Shown here: piece by piece, positions 38,571 through 52,800 of the stretch
Layout: each line of letters opens with the position of its first letter
Numbering within the stretch: the stretch's first letter is position 1
NCBI GenBank assembly: GCA_028534125.1
Contig: CM052817.1
Location: 86,182,001-86,246,000, forward strand
Direction: 5' to 3'
Source: Lama glama
Lineage: Eukaryota
DNA: 64,000 bases
Notes under the pieces: generated by a model
Database searches by the model: none
What the model saw: the letters and a program-made list of their open reading frames with translations, nothing else
Told to the model about the DNA's origin: nothing
Program-made: the position numbers and the translations under genes

Positions 38571-39289
38571 TTGGTAAAAGGTAGCATTGCCTTGTGTACT
38601 ATAATTTGGGGAGCTAAATAAATTAATGAAAAAAAAATGGTGCCTCTGTATACTTTCCACAGCTTTTTGCTACCCAAATCATTAAAATTCTATAGACAAT
38701 TTTCATGACATATACAAACATATATAATATGTATGCATAACCACCAAGTAAAGTGCTCCCAATAAGTGTACATATAGACATGGACTCAAGAAAATACTGC
38801 TTCAATTGGCACTCAAAACTCTATTTAACATAGTTTCTTATCTGTGATAAAGCATGATAATCTTACAGGATTTCTATTAGGATTAAGATAATGCTAAAAT
38901 ATATAGTCTATAATTTTGATATTATTTTTCACATAAATTAGTGGAGGTGATGAGATTAGTGTCAATGTAATCTACATTCATTTTTGATATATACCTTGTA
39001 GAGAAAATGTATTTTTACCCTAAATATAATTCCTAGCAAGTAGGAAGATAAAAATTACCATAATCTTAATTTTGAATACAGTACTAGAGTTTCCCTGAAT
39101 TGCTATTATCTATTTGTAGGCAATTAGGAATTTACTATAGTATTCTATTTCTTTTGAAAAAAATTCAAAGTAATCCAAATAGGAAAATATTCTTAGTTTT
39201 TAAAAATTCTCTCTCTCTAGGAAAATAAGTACTCTAATTATAACAGAAGTTATCAAATATATACATGTATATGTTTCATATCAGATAGA

Positions 39290-39700
39290 TTATTAGGTCA
39301 CATTTTATGAAACCAAGAATTTATTAGCTGCACGAAAGATTTATGAGGGGAAGTTCCTGTTAAGCATTAAGGAGAGGAAGCATGTATTAAGTGTAGCAAT
39401 GCGGTTCTGATCCTTATGAAAGGAGAGGGTGAAGGAAGGAACTGGGACAAAAGATTCTCAGCCTACAGCCCCATTTTAGTTAGGTTTGGCCAGACCAAAG
39501 AGGAGTCTTCAGCTCAAAGTCTTCTGCAAGAAGAGTCCCAATATTCCTAAGAATCTTTCGGGAACTGGGACCCTCTCCGTTGTCCCAGAACAGCCTAGTC
39601 AACAGGGTCTCAGTGCAATCAGTCATATGATCATATGGGTAGCAGCTGGGGCTGCCTGTCATCTATGTTCCCTGAAGCAGGAATTCTAAGTGGCTGCCAC
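39290..39700 (-). mobile_element. ERVL-type LTR (LTR16-like), decayed
   Basis: GC-richer block with 'gatttatgaggggaag..ggagagggtgaaggaagga..ggtctcagtgcaa', resembling antisense LTR16-family elements. Family is uncertain. Confidence 0.45.
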
Positions 39701-40984
39701 AGAAACCAAATATTTCTGTATAAAAAAGGAAAACCAGAAGCCAACCAAACCAAACAAAATCCTGAAATGATAACCTTTAACGTCCATTGGATGACATGGA
39801 CGTTAGGTTTCATACTTTCTTAAATATTTAATCATTATATATACACATACGTATTTACGTGTATGTGTAATTTTCTCTCTTTAGTTAAGAATTTTTCAAT
39901 AATATTAATACTGTGTTTTATATAATCTTGAATTTCTTTTTAAAAATCAACCAAAAAGGAGAAGCTGAAATATTCAGCTTTAATTTTCCTAGTAGATTTT
40001 TAATGTTTTGTAATCATAATGTTTAATTTGTGCTGTTCTTAGAACTTTAATTATGAAGCTAAATTGTACTAATACCCATTAGGTACTTCTTAATTGAAGG
40101 CACATCATATGTCTGATGTGGCAGTACTAATTGGTGTAATTAAATTCTAATATGCATCAGTGGCCTAATTTTAAAAAGTGAATAAAAAGCAGATAGAAAT
40201 AAGTCAGTTATTGAAACTGCATAGCTGTAAAATACATAAATGCATTTGCATTTGTAACATACACATTTATTTAGAACAGACAACCCATCAATTATATTTA
40301 AAATTAATTTTACCAGATAACTTGAAATAGAGAGTAAGGAGGTCAGGTAGGTATGCATGTGAATTCAGAAAGACATTCATTAAATTCCAGAAGGACAATG
40401 ATTGTCTCTTTTACAAATTCGTATGTAGGTCAAACCCTGTCAGAGTAAATACATTCCTTATTGTAATATGTTTTGGGTGAAATTACAACCCACTTGCAGA
40501 TCACGTTAGCATATTGTTCAAGTAGGAGGTGGGTCAGTAGTGAGCTCCTGCTCTGCTAAAACATGGTCCAGAAACACCCAGAAAATAATTTTTACATATT
40601 CAAAAATGTTCATTCATTTCTGCTCTTAGATCTTATTTGTTTAATATATTAATTTTAAAATAAGTAATTTTGACTATACATTCTATCTTGATTTTTTGCT
40701 TAATAATGAAATATGTATTTCTTTAATTAAGTTATATGGACCTAAAATATGGAATTAAATTATAAATTACTTTAATTTCTTTTTTTCAAGAATCCTCTTT
40801 TTAGAAAAATATTTTTATTTTAAAAATGAATTCATTTTATTCAGAGGCAAACTGATATTCTGTGCACAAATCCAAATATCATTGCCAATTTAATTCATAA
40901 TCATTTAAATTACCAGGCACACACATGAAATGCATTTTCTCTTTTATTCAGTTTTGAGAATCTGTAAGATTAACCTATATAGGC

Positions 40985-41160
40985 ACAGAACCAACTTGAT
41001 ATTTGTGTGAGCTGTGCAGTCACACAGGACTCCACAGGTATAATGACCTCATATTTGATTTAATGCTCTGCTGTCACCATCTTGAAATTCTTAGTAGGTT
41101 TGGAACAAGGCACAACAGTCATGTTTATTTTGCACTGGGCCCCCAGATTATACAGCTATT
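40985..41160. mobile_element. MER91A-like hAT-Tip100 fossil
   Basis: 'ctgtgcagtcacacagg..tttaatgctctgctgtcaccatcttgaaattctta..ttttgcactgggccccca'. Confidence 0.8.
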
Positions 41161-44100
41161 CCAGTATTTTCTTACAATTGGACATTTTGATGTACTGAAG
41201 ACATAGAATACCAGTGTTTGAAAAATCAAAATGAGAATTTTTAAAGGGCATTTTACTTTGCAGAGCTAATAAAAAATTTAAAAGATTTAAAGATAATACA
41301 GCCATTCTTAAGGACATTTCTTATTGTTAACTTTGGAAATAAAGCAGCTCACTTTCAAAATGTTTGCACAGAGAAACACTGCCCATTTACTTTGTTACTG
41401 TCCTTTGAATTACTAGCAATGATACATTTCAAAAGGAGCTTTTTTCAAGTGTAGTAAAAGTTATTCTCTCATGGCTATCCAGGAACAATAAATATTTTTC
41501 TCTGATTTGCAGAAATACCAAAGTAGTTCTAAACTCATCAGCATTTTGATTCTGGTCTGAAAAATTTTATTGGAATCAGGAAATCACCAAAGCATCACGA
41601 AAAACAAGAACAAAAAACCTGTTACAGCTTAGTATTATCAATGACTTGTGAGATTCTGGAGAAATAAAAATGCTATGTTATAATGACCAAGATATTTGGG
41701 GAAAAAATGGAGAAATTAAGAAACGCGTACTTATAGATGTGGTATTACTGAAATAAAAATAATCACATGCCACAAACGATCAGTACAATTACTAGGTAAA
41801 CCTTCCCTTGTAGCTGATTGTTTTACTGTTATTACCATGTACACTCCACTCATTTCATTAATATATGAAGATAACATTCACAAAGATAACAGGTTCAGAT
41901 GAATAAATCCATCTACTAATACATTAATTAGCTGAAGTCAGAGCAATGATGAGATGCTGAGAAGGAAGTAATTTGAGAAAAAAAGTGAATGTTGGTAGGA
42001 TGTTTTTATTTTTGGGTTGCTTTTCACTTTGAAAGGTGTGTTAAGGTAGAAAAAACAATATCACAGTACTCTAATAAATTCCAAACTTGAAAAATAATCT
42101 TAGTTCCTGTAAGAAAAGTGAAGTGTTTCATGGAAGTATTTTAGATGTGGGGAATCCAGACACATTGGAAAGAGACGAGTGTTTAAAGGAAGCTGGAGAC
42201 AGGCCTTCATCTTTGAATAGAACACTCTTTCCAGTAAGCCAGTGATTTTCACAATTTTCAATTTTTCTAGCACAATTTTTTCGAGCCATATTTAACCTAG
42301 AAGTAGAAACAAATAAAAGACACAGAATTAGAGCTAATTTTGTTGAATCTGGGTTGACTCCACAGAGAACAGTTAAGAAATGATTACATTAAGCTAAACA
42401 TATGCAGAATTCCTGTAAATTTCAATAAAGTAGACAAAAACTATAAGTAATGTGAAACAGCCATAGCATGTTAAGCATAATGTACACATTCATTGTGTTT
42501 ATTTAACAGAATAGCCCTCTATCAATTCTTTGTGTATGATAAAATTTCACTTTGCAAATACATTTCAGAAAGCAATATATTTCACTAAAACAAAGTTATA
42601 AATGTAGCAAAATGATGAGTAGAATACCTGTAATCACAACTTCCAAGTACACCAACTTGTATTTATATAATACTAGACAGTTTTCTGAGTGTCCAAGCAT
42701 TATAGAACTTTTTACTAAGTAAAATTTCATAAGCACTTTACCTTGAATGATATTCCAAAAAGTGGCAATTTCTTAAGTCATCAAAAGAATTATTGAAGTC
42801 ACTAAAAGTCTGAGGTGAAGTGTTTTAAAAATCTCACCTTTTCATTCTTCTCAAAGAGACTATCAGGAATGAAACTCTGTGTCTCATGTTCCTGTTTATC
42901 TCTCACTTTGATGCATCTATTATCATCTTTTATCACCATATGGTACTGCATCTCTACCAGACCTACTGTCCTCTTCTCCATCTCACAGCTTGATAGGTCT
43001 TCTTGGATGGTTGTGCTCTGATAAACAAATGCTTCCACATTTTCAGTGAAAACTGAAACCCAGTGTGCCTGGGAAATAGAACCCCATAGCTCTTTCAGCA
43101 AGATGCTGCCTTTTGCCCATCCCAGCTTCACATACTTAATGATCAAGAGGTTGAGTACGTATGTTTTTGATTTTTATTTGTAGCTGCCAGATTATTGTTC
43201 CTTCCCTCTTCAAATAAACAAACACATAAGCATTGCCAATGAACTTTGCCCTCGAACTACTAATGAATGACATTTATCTATATCAAGCCTCCCATTTATT
43301 TATCTATGCCAAGTCTTCCATTACTGAGTGCTCTTTCTAATTGTTTCATCTTTTTCCACCATGACACTTCTCCTTTTGGCTTTCAAAGACATTTTCTCAA
43401 CTGAAACTCCATTATTCTCTAGTACTTTTACATCAAACTGTTAACTCTTCAAAAAATCATACCCCTTAAATTTCTTGACCATCACATTTGTAGTAAGAAG
43501 GAATTTCCTTCTTGCTTGTTTTGGAGAGCAAGTGTTTCTTACTATTTAAAAAGTGATTAAAATATTTTACTCTTTGATCATCTCTACTGCCGATTTAATC
43601 CATCACCACTTGTCCAAACCTACACTAACAAAGATTTTTGACCTCTTGAAGATCGTCATTCTATAGACTCCATTATCATGTTTCTTTTCCTTAGACTTAC
43701 TACTTTTCTTCCCTACCTATTCAGGAAAAATTGCATACTCCATCATTGTAATTACCTTAATGATAGGGTATTAGGAAAATAAATTTTTGTAGGATGTAGT
43801 TGTCTAATAAGAAAATATTGCTAAATCCAATGGTTTATTTTAGACATTTTCATATGTATTTCTCCTAAATAACTTTGTAAGTAGCTCTTTGATCCTGTGA
43901 ATCTATCCAGATTACTTAATTTAATTCTTAAATGTACTTTTCTTTCATGTACAGTGAAGGGTGTGTGAATTGCTTAGTCATTTCAGTTCAATCCAATCCT
44001 ACTATTATCTGCCTATATTGTACTGAATCTTTTCCATATTTCTGGATTGTAGTTTTCACCATTCTGTCATATTTATTTATGGTGTATTTGTTATATCTGC

Positions 44101-47100
44101 AGGAGTACACAAGCTGTATTATAATACATCCTCTTGGAACAGTATCTAACTTTTGAGTTGAATGCTTCATTCTTGGGTAAAAAATATTTATGTATTTAAG
44201 TATATTTTACAGCATGTTCAAAGAGTATAGTCAGAATCCTTAGGAAGGATGAATTATTATTTCTATGATTTGTGATAAAACCACAATAAAATTACTAAGT
44301 TTGCTTCTTAATGTTAAATCTGAAATTGTAAAGAATTGTTATTTATATTCAACTTTCTACTTATCATTCACTCAAAGAAAACTTCCATATTTTTACATTG
44401 ACATCATTCCATAAACTCTATAAGACTGATTTAACCAGAAGATATTTTTAATCCAAATTGGGAAGGTCTAAAACCCACATGGCATCGTTTCAATTCAGTG
44501 TGTTAGAGCAAACTGAATTGTAATCTTTCGAGCATGTATTGAAGGCCATTCTTAAAGCATGTACAGCTGTAGTAACAAAAGATTTGTCTGAGTCTGCTTT
44601 GCTTGTTCACTTTTGTAAGTGACTTGAAAATGGTAATTAAAATCTCATCTAAGATCATTTGTGAAGAATCCTGTAAGGTGACATTTAATTCCTATATTAT
44701 GAACATGACAGTGACTGTTGATTTTTCTTGGAAGTTTTCAAGACAGTTTTCAGAGGTACGTGACAATATTTGAGGGGAAAAAACAAATCTCAAAGTTTAA
44801 AAGAGTAAGCTGTTCCTCATGTCCAAAATTGCTTATTTTGTGTGTCTTTTTAAGTCTCTTGCAGAAGTTTCTATTTGATTTTTTTTAATTGATTTTTTAA
44901 AATTCCAGTATCATGGACATAACCCTTATTGTATGTTCTATTACCTATTGTTTTGATTTTTAGATCCACAATATGGCATGAATTTGATTTTATGATGCTA
45001 TGTTAAGAGACATAATAGGCTAATACAATTTTCTGCTGAAATTCATATGATTTACTATTATTAAAATATATTGAGTTGCCCGGATAAAAATCTTAACTTC
45101 TGTAAATCTTGCCATACAAAATAAAATATGATACTCTCCCTCAACAAATTAATATCCCAGGTCAGTTTTAGAATATTTCCAAACAATTAAGATCTTATTT
45201 TTATCTTAGACAATGTTAATCAGAATTTTTTTTCCTATTTTATTTTTGTCTTTTCTCTTTTGTTTGTCTTTATGTCTTCCCCAGATGTCCTCTTTTTTAA
45301 GCAAATGTGAGGAAGGTAGGCACGTCCCATCTTAGAATTATGGTGTAAAAATAAACTTTGTGTGTTTTGCCAAAGCTTTTAATGCTGAGTTAATAGAAGC
45401 TAAGAAGTGGAAAAAATGCAAAATGAGTTCAAGAACTTTGAGAGCAAGTGTTGTAACTGTCTAGTTATGTCAGTGTTAAGTAAACCTTTCACAGTGAGGT
45501 TCCAAGCAAGCCTGAATAGCTGGCAGAAGTCCTGGACTTCGTATTAATTTTGTGCCATATGATGTTTAAGTTCTTCGCTCACATACTACCACAAAGCCAT
45601 TTGAAATTTACAGAATATTGATAAATCATATGAATTTTACCTTATAGTTGTAATCTTACTGTCCACATGTAGGCACTATAGGGACATACCTGAAGGAGTA
45701 AAGCATTGAAAAATATGTGTAGGTTTGGATATTGGCCTGTGGTAGCAACACAGAGCAATAAGATGTGGACTGAATCCCTCTGCTTATTGTTTAAAACAGG
45801 TCAAAATCTCTTTGAAATGAGGGAACTCTAGAGATTTTGAAACTATTAAATTGGTGTATGCATCTCAAAAGGAAGATGATGAATTTATTACAAATAAGAT
45901 GTAGGGGAGAGCAGACCCAAAGGTATAATTAGGTTTTTTTAAATGATGGAATTCTTTTGCAGATTTTAAGAAAAATCTATTCTAAAGTTGCTTTATGTTT
46001 CATATCAAATTTTTCTATACTAGGATTTATTTTACTTCTAAATTTGATTTGATTTTTAAATCAGTTATATAAGTTACCTCACAGTTGAATTAACAATTTA
46101 TTGCTTTTTTTCTCATAATTTTTTTCTGCCAATCAAACTATAGATAATCCATTCTTGTCCCAATTTTGGCCATAATATTGTGGAAAACCATTATACAATT
46201 TGCCAGTTAAGCAATAAATTTATGTTACAACAAACATAAGGTGGAATTTTGCAAAAAAATCAAAAGAACGTAAGAAAGAAAAATTAAGTACAATCATGAT
46301 CAATATTATGTCATTAAATATTTTCAACATTTTGTACCATACGCTTCCTCAGATAAGAAATCAATACATTCATCAATGCTGAATGTCTAAAATTAACATT
46401 GAATAAATTACAAATAAAATGTTTAACTCCAAATAATAAAAATCAATTTAAATATAGTTCCTAATTGTAACTATAAATCTTTGAAAATGTTGATAGCACA
46501 TACTAATTTTTAAATTTGAAATAAACATAGCTTACATTATTACTATTATAAATTTGAATACTTTGGGCATTGTTAATTGAGCATTACTGAGATATAATTC
46601 ACATATAAAATTTTAGGAAATTTTAAGAATTTTTTTCTCTCTTTTTGTACCATCTCTTTGAATAGAATTCCAATCTGCATACAAATTTGGCATGGTTTTT
46701 AGTTGATACCTATTCAAAAAAATATTTTAATAGATCATCCCTTTTTCTTCTCTCTCAGAGTACTTATATATATATATATACATTTTTTTAATTCTTGAAG
46801 TTCTAGGACTAGTGCACATATCTTGTTCTGATTATGCATCTCTGTGTTGATAAATAATTCATGATGCAACCAGTAGACTTAACTCCTCTCATTATTTTGC
46901 ACTTATAATAATAAATTTGTGTCAATGTTTGCTCAAATTAAATGATAAATTACTTTATTTTTACTTTTATGTACTCTTCTTTTTGAGCTTTATTTAGTAT
47001 TGTGTTTATGTGATAACTTCTAAAAAAAATACATCTATTTTCTATCGTTTGATATTGGAAGAAGCAAGAACCCAACAATTTTTAATTATAATCCATAAAG

Positions 47101-49040
47101 GCATGTATTTAAATATAGATGATCGAAATGTATTTTTTGTTTTACACACTGTAATACAAGCCATGTTATTCAGGTTATTTCAGGATTTTTAAGTTTTCAA
47201 ATACAAGCTATTGCAATACTTATTTGGAATATCTTTCAATAGTAATTCATCTTAATATATAGTAGTTACATATATAGGAGGCTCCACTAATTAAAGACAA
47301 GCAAAATAAGAATTTTAGTTTATAGATTTTTAATTATATACTTTTTCTGATATACTTTCTCATGGGAAATTGTAGAACTGTTTTGAAAAGCTGATCACAA
47401 ATTTCCAATGGGGAGGAGAATGTTGGGTATGACATTACTCTGTAAGGAAACTGTGTTTCCATAACGGAAACCCCTTGGATCAGAACCAAACTCCTACTTA
47501 TCTGATCATATGGACACTGTCTAGGTTTAGGTATATAGTTATAGCTATAGCTATAGAGGTAGAGGTAGATATGTGAAATAATGTTATAAAATAGCCTAAA
47601 TAAACATATATTAATGTCCAGATACAGTTTGAAAGTTAATTTTTCAATCATTCAAGGTGGAGAGGATTTTAATATAATTTATAAAAATTCATCTTTTCCT
47701 TTTAAAAGACAGTGTTTTTTTCTTCTTGTTTTTAATCAGGTGAGAAAGTAAAAATTCACAAATTCAAAATTCCCCTTTTATCACAATACCTATTTTGAAT
47801 TTTTATTGTTAAAATAATGCACAATTTGAAGTAGTGGTTATCATAGTAAGAAAATATATTTATTCAAGAATTTGATATGTTATCTTACATACAAAATCAC
47901 CAAATAAATATGGTTGCTACTGATGAATTTTTACCTGATTATTTAATATATTTCTTTCTCTCAAAAGAAGAATGATTAAATGAATTAAACAACAGTTAAA
48001 CATTAGATTCAGTAGGAAAATTATGTGCTGTCTCTGCATACTTTTTTATTTTCAAGGTCAATCATTACATAGAAGACATTTAATTATTTCTTTAGAAGAC
48101 AAAACATAGTACTAAATCTTGAATAAATTTGTTAATAACTAGAATATATTCAAAATATATTTAAAAAGAAGTAGTACAATTCCATTTTAACATGCATGCA
48201 AGAGGTTGTCATCAGAGTATAAAAAAGGAAAAATAAATTAAAAATAAAAACATTCCAAAACCAAAAACTCATTTTAAAAAAGCCAAAACAATAACAATGA
48301 AAATAGGCCAAAAATATCTCTACTTTTATTTTATTTGAAAAACAAAACAAAACAAAAACAGAGCTAGGTGTTTCATGGGTTCTTCATTGTTGATTTGGCT
48401 GGATTAAGTAATTAGACTTTTAACTTTTTTCTCAGTACTACCCCAGTTGTCTAACCTCAAACTTAGAACTTACCATCAATTTCCCCCTTTATTTTTCCAC
48501 CAATCACACACACAGTGATATCATTCCACCTATAATCCAATGAATGCTTTATTCTTTTAAAGATATCCACTTTGTATTTGTACTTTTTCATTTTTAAAAA
48601 ATATTTTTCCAAATATTCACTTATAATAAATGTATTTTTAAAATAGTGTATTAATAGAAAATCCAAGGTACAGTTTTCCATCGTTTGTGCCTGCTTTCAT
48701 GAGCAGGGTACCTATGCATTTGCTCTTCCTTTTTCTTTTCAAATTCAGAAATGAAAAGAAGAGGCAGAAATTGCCATAAGCTGATTACTCAGAAACCCTA
48801 GGCATTCTGTCAAAACCTAGTTTGGATGATCATGAACAATACTTAATATATTATTATTATCAATAAGTGCATTCATTTGGTAGCAAGATTTTGTCTTGAT
48901 TTCTAAGTCACTGACCTTAAATAAGAAATTTCAAAATAGAGACCTTCAGAAATATTATCATTTAGGTCATGCCTTGCTTTAAACCATCTTTTAAAGTTAT
49001 TCTTAATGTTTAATCCATCATACTCTGACTTTCTCCATAG

Positions 49041-49233
49041 GAAAAGAAAATTTAAATCTCCTAGACAGCAGAGAACAAACTGTCAGAAAAATGAAACTAT
49101 TTTATAATAGCTGTACTTCTACAGTGCAGCTCTGAACCAAACTGTCACTTCAGTTGCTTCACATTCTTAATCGAAAATATTTACCTTCCAGCTTTGAGCA
49201 TGAGAAAAAATACTCTTAAGTTTACCGATTTAC
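49041..49233 (+). other. Candidate internal non-coding (5' UTR) exon of the + strand gene
   Basis: Acceptor 'ctctgactttctccatag', non-repetitive body with no long open frame, possible donor TAC|gtaaga. It lies 11 kb downstream of the first-exon donor. Confidence 0.3.
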
Positions 49234-49254
49234 GTAAGAAGAATATCCACGTAA

Positions 49255-49705
49255 AAGTTTCATTAAAAGAAACTGATGGTGCAGTTAAATAAGGGTTTAG
49301 ATACTCTTTACAGAGTTGTTGAAGGGGTGAGAAAGAACACAAAAGAGTATATATAGTACCCTTGATTAGTGAGAGTGAAGATTTTAATCACACGTTCCTT
49401 AAAGGGACACTAGCTGGGCGAGTTGACTGAACTGCAGAAGCTGCTGGTAGAAGCAGCTTGAAAGGAGCAAAAATCTATGCTGTAGGGACAAAGCCAGTCA
49501 CTGGTTGGCAGTCAGAGTTAAAAATACCTTGATCTTGCTCTCTGCCTTCCCTCATATCTAAATCATTCACTCTACCCCACTGAATTCACCCAACAGACAG
49601 AGGAAAAGGGAGTGTCAGTTGATAGAGTCCATTCCAAGCAGCTTCCAGGACAGAAAGTAAAGGGAGAAGCGAAGAGTAGAACTGGAGGGGCAAGTACATG
49701 TCCAT
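49255..49705 (-). mobile_element. Old MaLR LTR (MLT1J/K/L-like), antisense
   Basis: 'ccaacagacagaggaaaagggag..gttgatagagtcca..cagcttccaggacaga..gagtagaactggagggggcaa'. Confidence 0.65.
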
Positions 49706-52479
49706 AAAGAAGGATATTTGTGTTGTTCATTTGACCTTTTGTATTTTAGTGTGCTAATTTTATGTTTTAAGAATATTTCAGCTTTCTTCTTCTATATATT
49801 CGTTCAGGCATTATTCAGTGAGAGATGATCACATGTGTATTCTTTATTTCGGTGATCTCATTTTTAGCCTTTCTCTTTAATTTTTCTATGGATGCAACAA
49901 TTTGCATCCCTTCGGGGTATTAGTTGTATTTATCTGGAAGTACTCATTGCTTTTTACTGTCATTCTTCTTTTATTGTGTAGACCCTTCTCTTGTTTGTTT
50001 TATTTTAAAATTTGCCTTCTTTACTTATAATGTTGGCATGTCTGTATATGACTTGTGATTTTCTTTTTGACTTTGTGTTTATTTTTAAAAGGGGAATTTC
50101 TGCCAGACTCCTTGTTTTTACTGGGCAGTGTGCTTGGTAGGGAATAGATTTTCATGCTACTGTAGCCCATACTTTACCTCGTTTGCAATAGGAGCTTTTT
50201 TTCTGTCAGAGAAGGAAAGCCATGCCAATTAGGCAGTGCATATGTAGATGTTACCAGCTGATTGCTGCTCTTTATTTCCAACCCAAGTTCCCACACTCAG
50301 TACACCTACATAGGATATGACTCACTCTCACTTTGCTTTCTTAAACAAGACTCAAAAATCAATAAGCATAAGAAAAACTTGATTAATTTGGTTACATTGG
50401 ATTTAAAGTCTTCTAAAAGAGTCATAGTAAATCATAAACAGATTTCAAAGATAGTTGACAAACTAGGAGAAAGTAATTAAAACATATGTGACAAAGGATT
50501 GTAGTAGGACACCTAGAAATCATTTAGGAAAATAGAAATATCTGAATAGTAAAATGGTAAAAGCATATAAATGGAAGAATCAAAGGAGGATGTCCAAAGA
50601 CCTCTAAGTGTATCAATAATCAGGTAAATAAATAATCAGGTAAAGCAAATTGAACTTATGAGATAGAACATTTTAGTTTGGGATGTAAAAGAACAAACCA
50701 GACACATCTGTGAAGTTTAAGTAATAATTATAAAATTGATAATGTAAAACAAATTAAAGTACAAATTAAGATGTTGTCAGCACCATAGAATCTTCTACGT
50801 GCCCCTTCCTGAGAGAAGTACTTACTACTTTATCTTTTAGTATAAACAATATACTTTAGTTTTGCCAGCCTTGACAATTTATATGAATTTTTGTATCCTT
50901 TGGTGACACATTTTTTTATTCAACATATATTTATAACATATACCCTTATTGTTGTAACAGCTATAATTTTTCCCTCCTCTTTAGTATTCCATCATTTATA
51001 TAGATTACAATTGGTCTCTTCTGTGTCTTATACACATTTGGGTTGTCTGCAACTTTGGATGCTTAGGAACAAAGTTGATATGAAAATACTTGGACATGTG
51101 ATCTGAGGAATATATATGCATATGTTTATCTAGGACATATAACTATCCAAGGAATTTTAGAGGCAAAGATAATGTGGATTGTTTATTTCATTAGAGACTG
51201 ACAAAATTTTCCCCCAAATCAGTTATATCAATTTATACTTCTTCCTGTGGTATTTGAGATTTCATGAAATCATATTTTTCTTTTATCAGCTAAGCAAAAA
51301 AGTTGAAAGTTTAAAATATCAAATTGCCATCTATAAGGGGAAACCACTTTAAATGGTAACTTTTGACATTAATTAAATTTTACAACATGCATATCTTATA
51401 AATGTATGTTCCTTTGAATCACCATGTGTCTTAGAAAAATACTAACACATGTGCCCATAAAATATTGTGCAAGGCTGTCTATTGCAGCTTTTTTGGGTAA
51501 TAATCAAATCTTTGTAAATATATTAAATGTCTATCAATCAAGAAATGGCCAAACTACAGCATATCTAAGGGTTAGCAGAATGATATAGATTAATATGTGC
51601 TGAATCAGTAAGATTTAAAAAGCATATTAAATTGAAAACTAAAAATATATTTTATGCTTAAAAATACACAATGTACTAGATTATCAAATCAGACTGATAT
51701 GCATCAGAGATCTTATACAAACATAACCATTTCAAAGATAAAAATTATGGCAAAGAACAAGAAGGAGGAGGTCAGGTCATACTGTGAGGCTCCCTAGCCC
51801 CCTTCTTCCCAAGTTAGACATGCTCTGATCAAGGATAACAGCTGATATTTCTAAGTAAACTGTTCAGGCACATCACTTATCCAGAACAGACATTTAAATC
51901 ATGAAATACCTTTCTGTCTTTGGATGATCCACAAAAGTAGGCTTCATAAGTCAAAGGATTTTAAGTTTGTTTACCATAAACAATCCCAGAAATAAATGTA
52001 CATTCTGCTAAAAGCATTCCATTGACAAGGAATTTACCTCTGGAAAAGCATTTGTTTTTTTGCCTGGAGGTCTGTCAGAAGCATATTTAAAAAGAAGTCT
52101 GCCCTCTTTCATTGTCTCCAGTATGTTCCCTCCTAAAAGGAGTGGATGAATGGCAGACTAGTTGTTTATCTGTTTTCTTTCTAGATGGTTTATAGGCAAA
52201 GCATGTGATAGTATGTTTTCCATAAACTTAGGTGATTGCTTTGGAAAATGCTGGAATTGTACAGACCATGCTGATAATAGTGACTGGGAATAAACTAACA
52301 CACAACAACTTTCTCTGTAATTCTTTGATACTTTTTCAAGGATATAGTGTACATTCCTGTATTATTTGTATAATTAAAATGCACTTAATATAATTTCAAC
52401 ATATGGTAATTATACTGTTTATTAGTAGAGCACTGCCCTTGCTTTTAGAAAACACATGCAGTAGAAATTATAGGTGAAG

Positions 52480-52800
52480 CACAGGGCTGCAGCTCATCCA
52501 CTGAATCTGTACTACTTGTTTTTATATAGCCTGCAAGCTGAGATTGATTTTTACATTTTTAAGTGATTGAAGAAAAGTCAACAGAAGAATAATATTTCAT
52601 GACATCTAAAAATTATATGAAACTAACTTAATTTTATAATAGCCAAGCTCATTCATTTACATATTGTCTGTGGGTACTTTTTGCCCTACATCAGAGAGTT
52701 GAGTAGTTGTGACAGAGACTACAATAAGGCCAACAAAGCCCCAAAATAGGTACTACATTGCCATTTGTAGGAGTAATAAATAATTTGCTGACCCACTGGT
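52480..52800. mobile_element. MER58B-like DNA transposon fossil
   Basis: 'gcctgcaagctgaga..tttttacattttt..aataatatttcatgaca..aaaattatatgaaa..gctcattcatttacatattgtctgtgg..gagttgagtagttgtgacagagac..tttgctgaccc'. Confidence 0.8.

Noticed and set aside
45285..45315. 31-nt exon candidate starting with ATG after a long pyrimidine tract, donor GAAG|gtaggc
   Set aside because: The signals are plausible, but the peptide (MSSFLSKCEE) is unrecognised and the tract is low-complexity. It needs RNA evidence.
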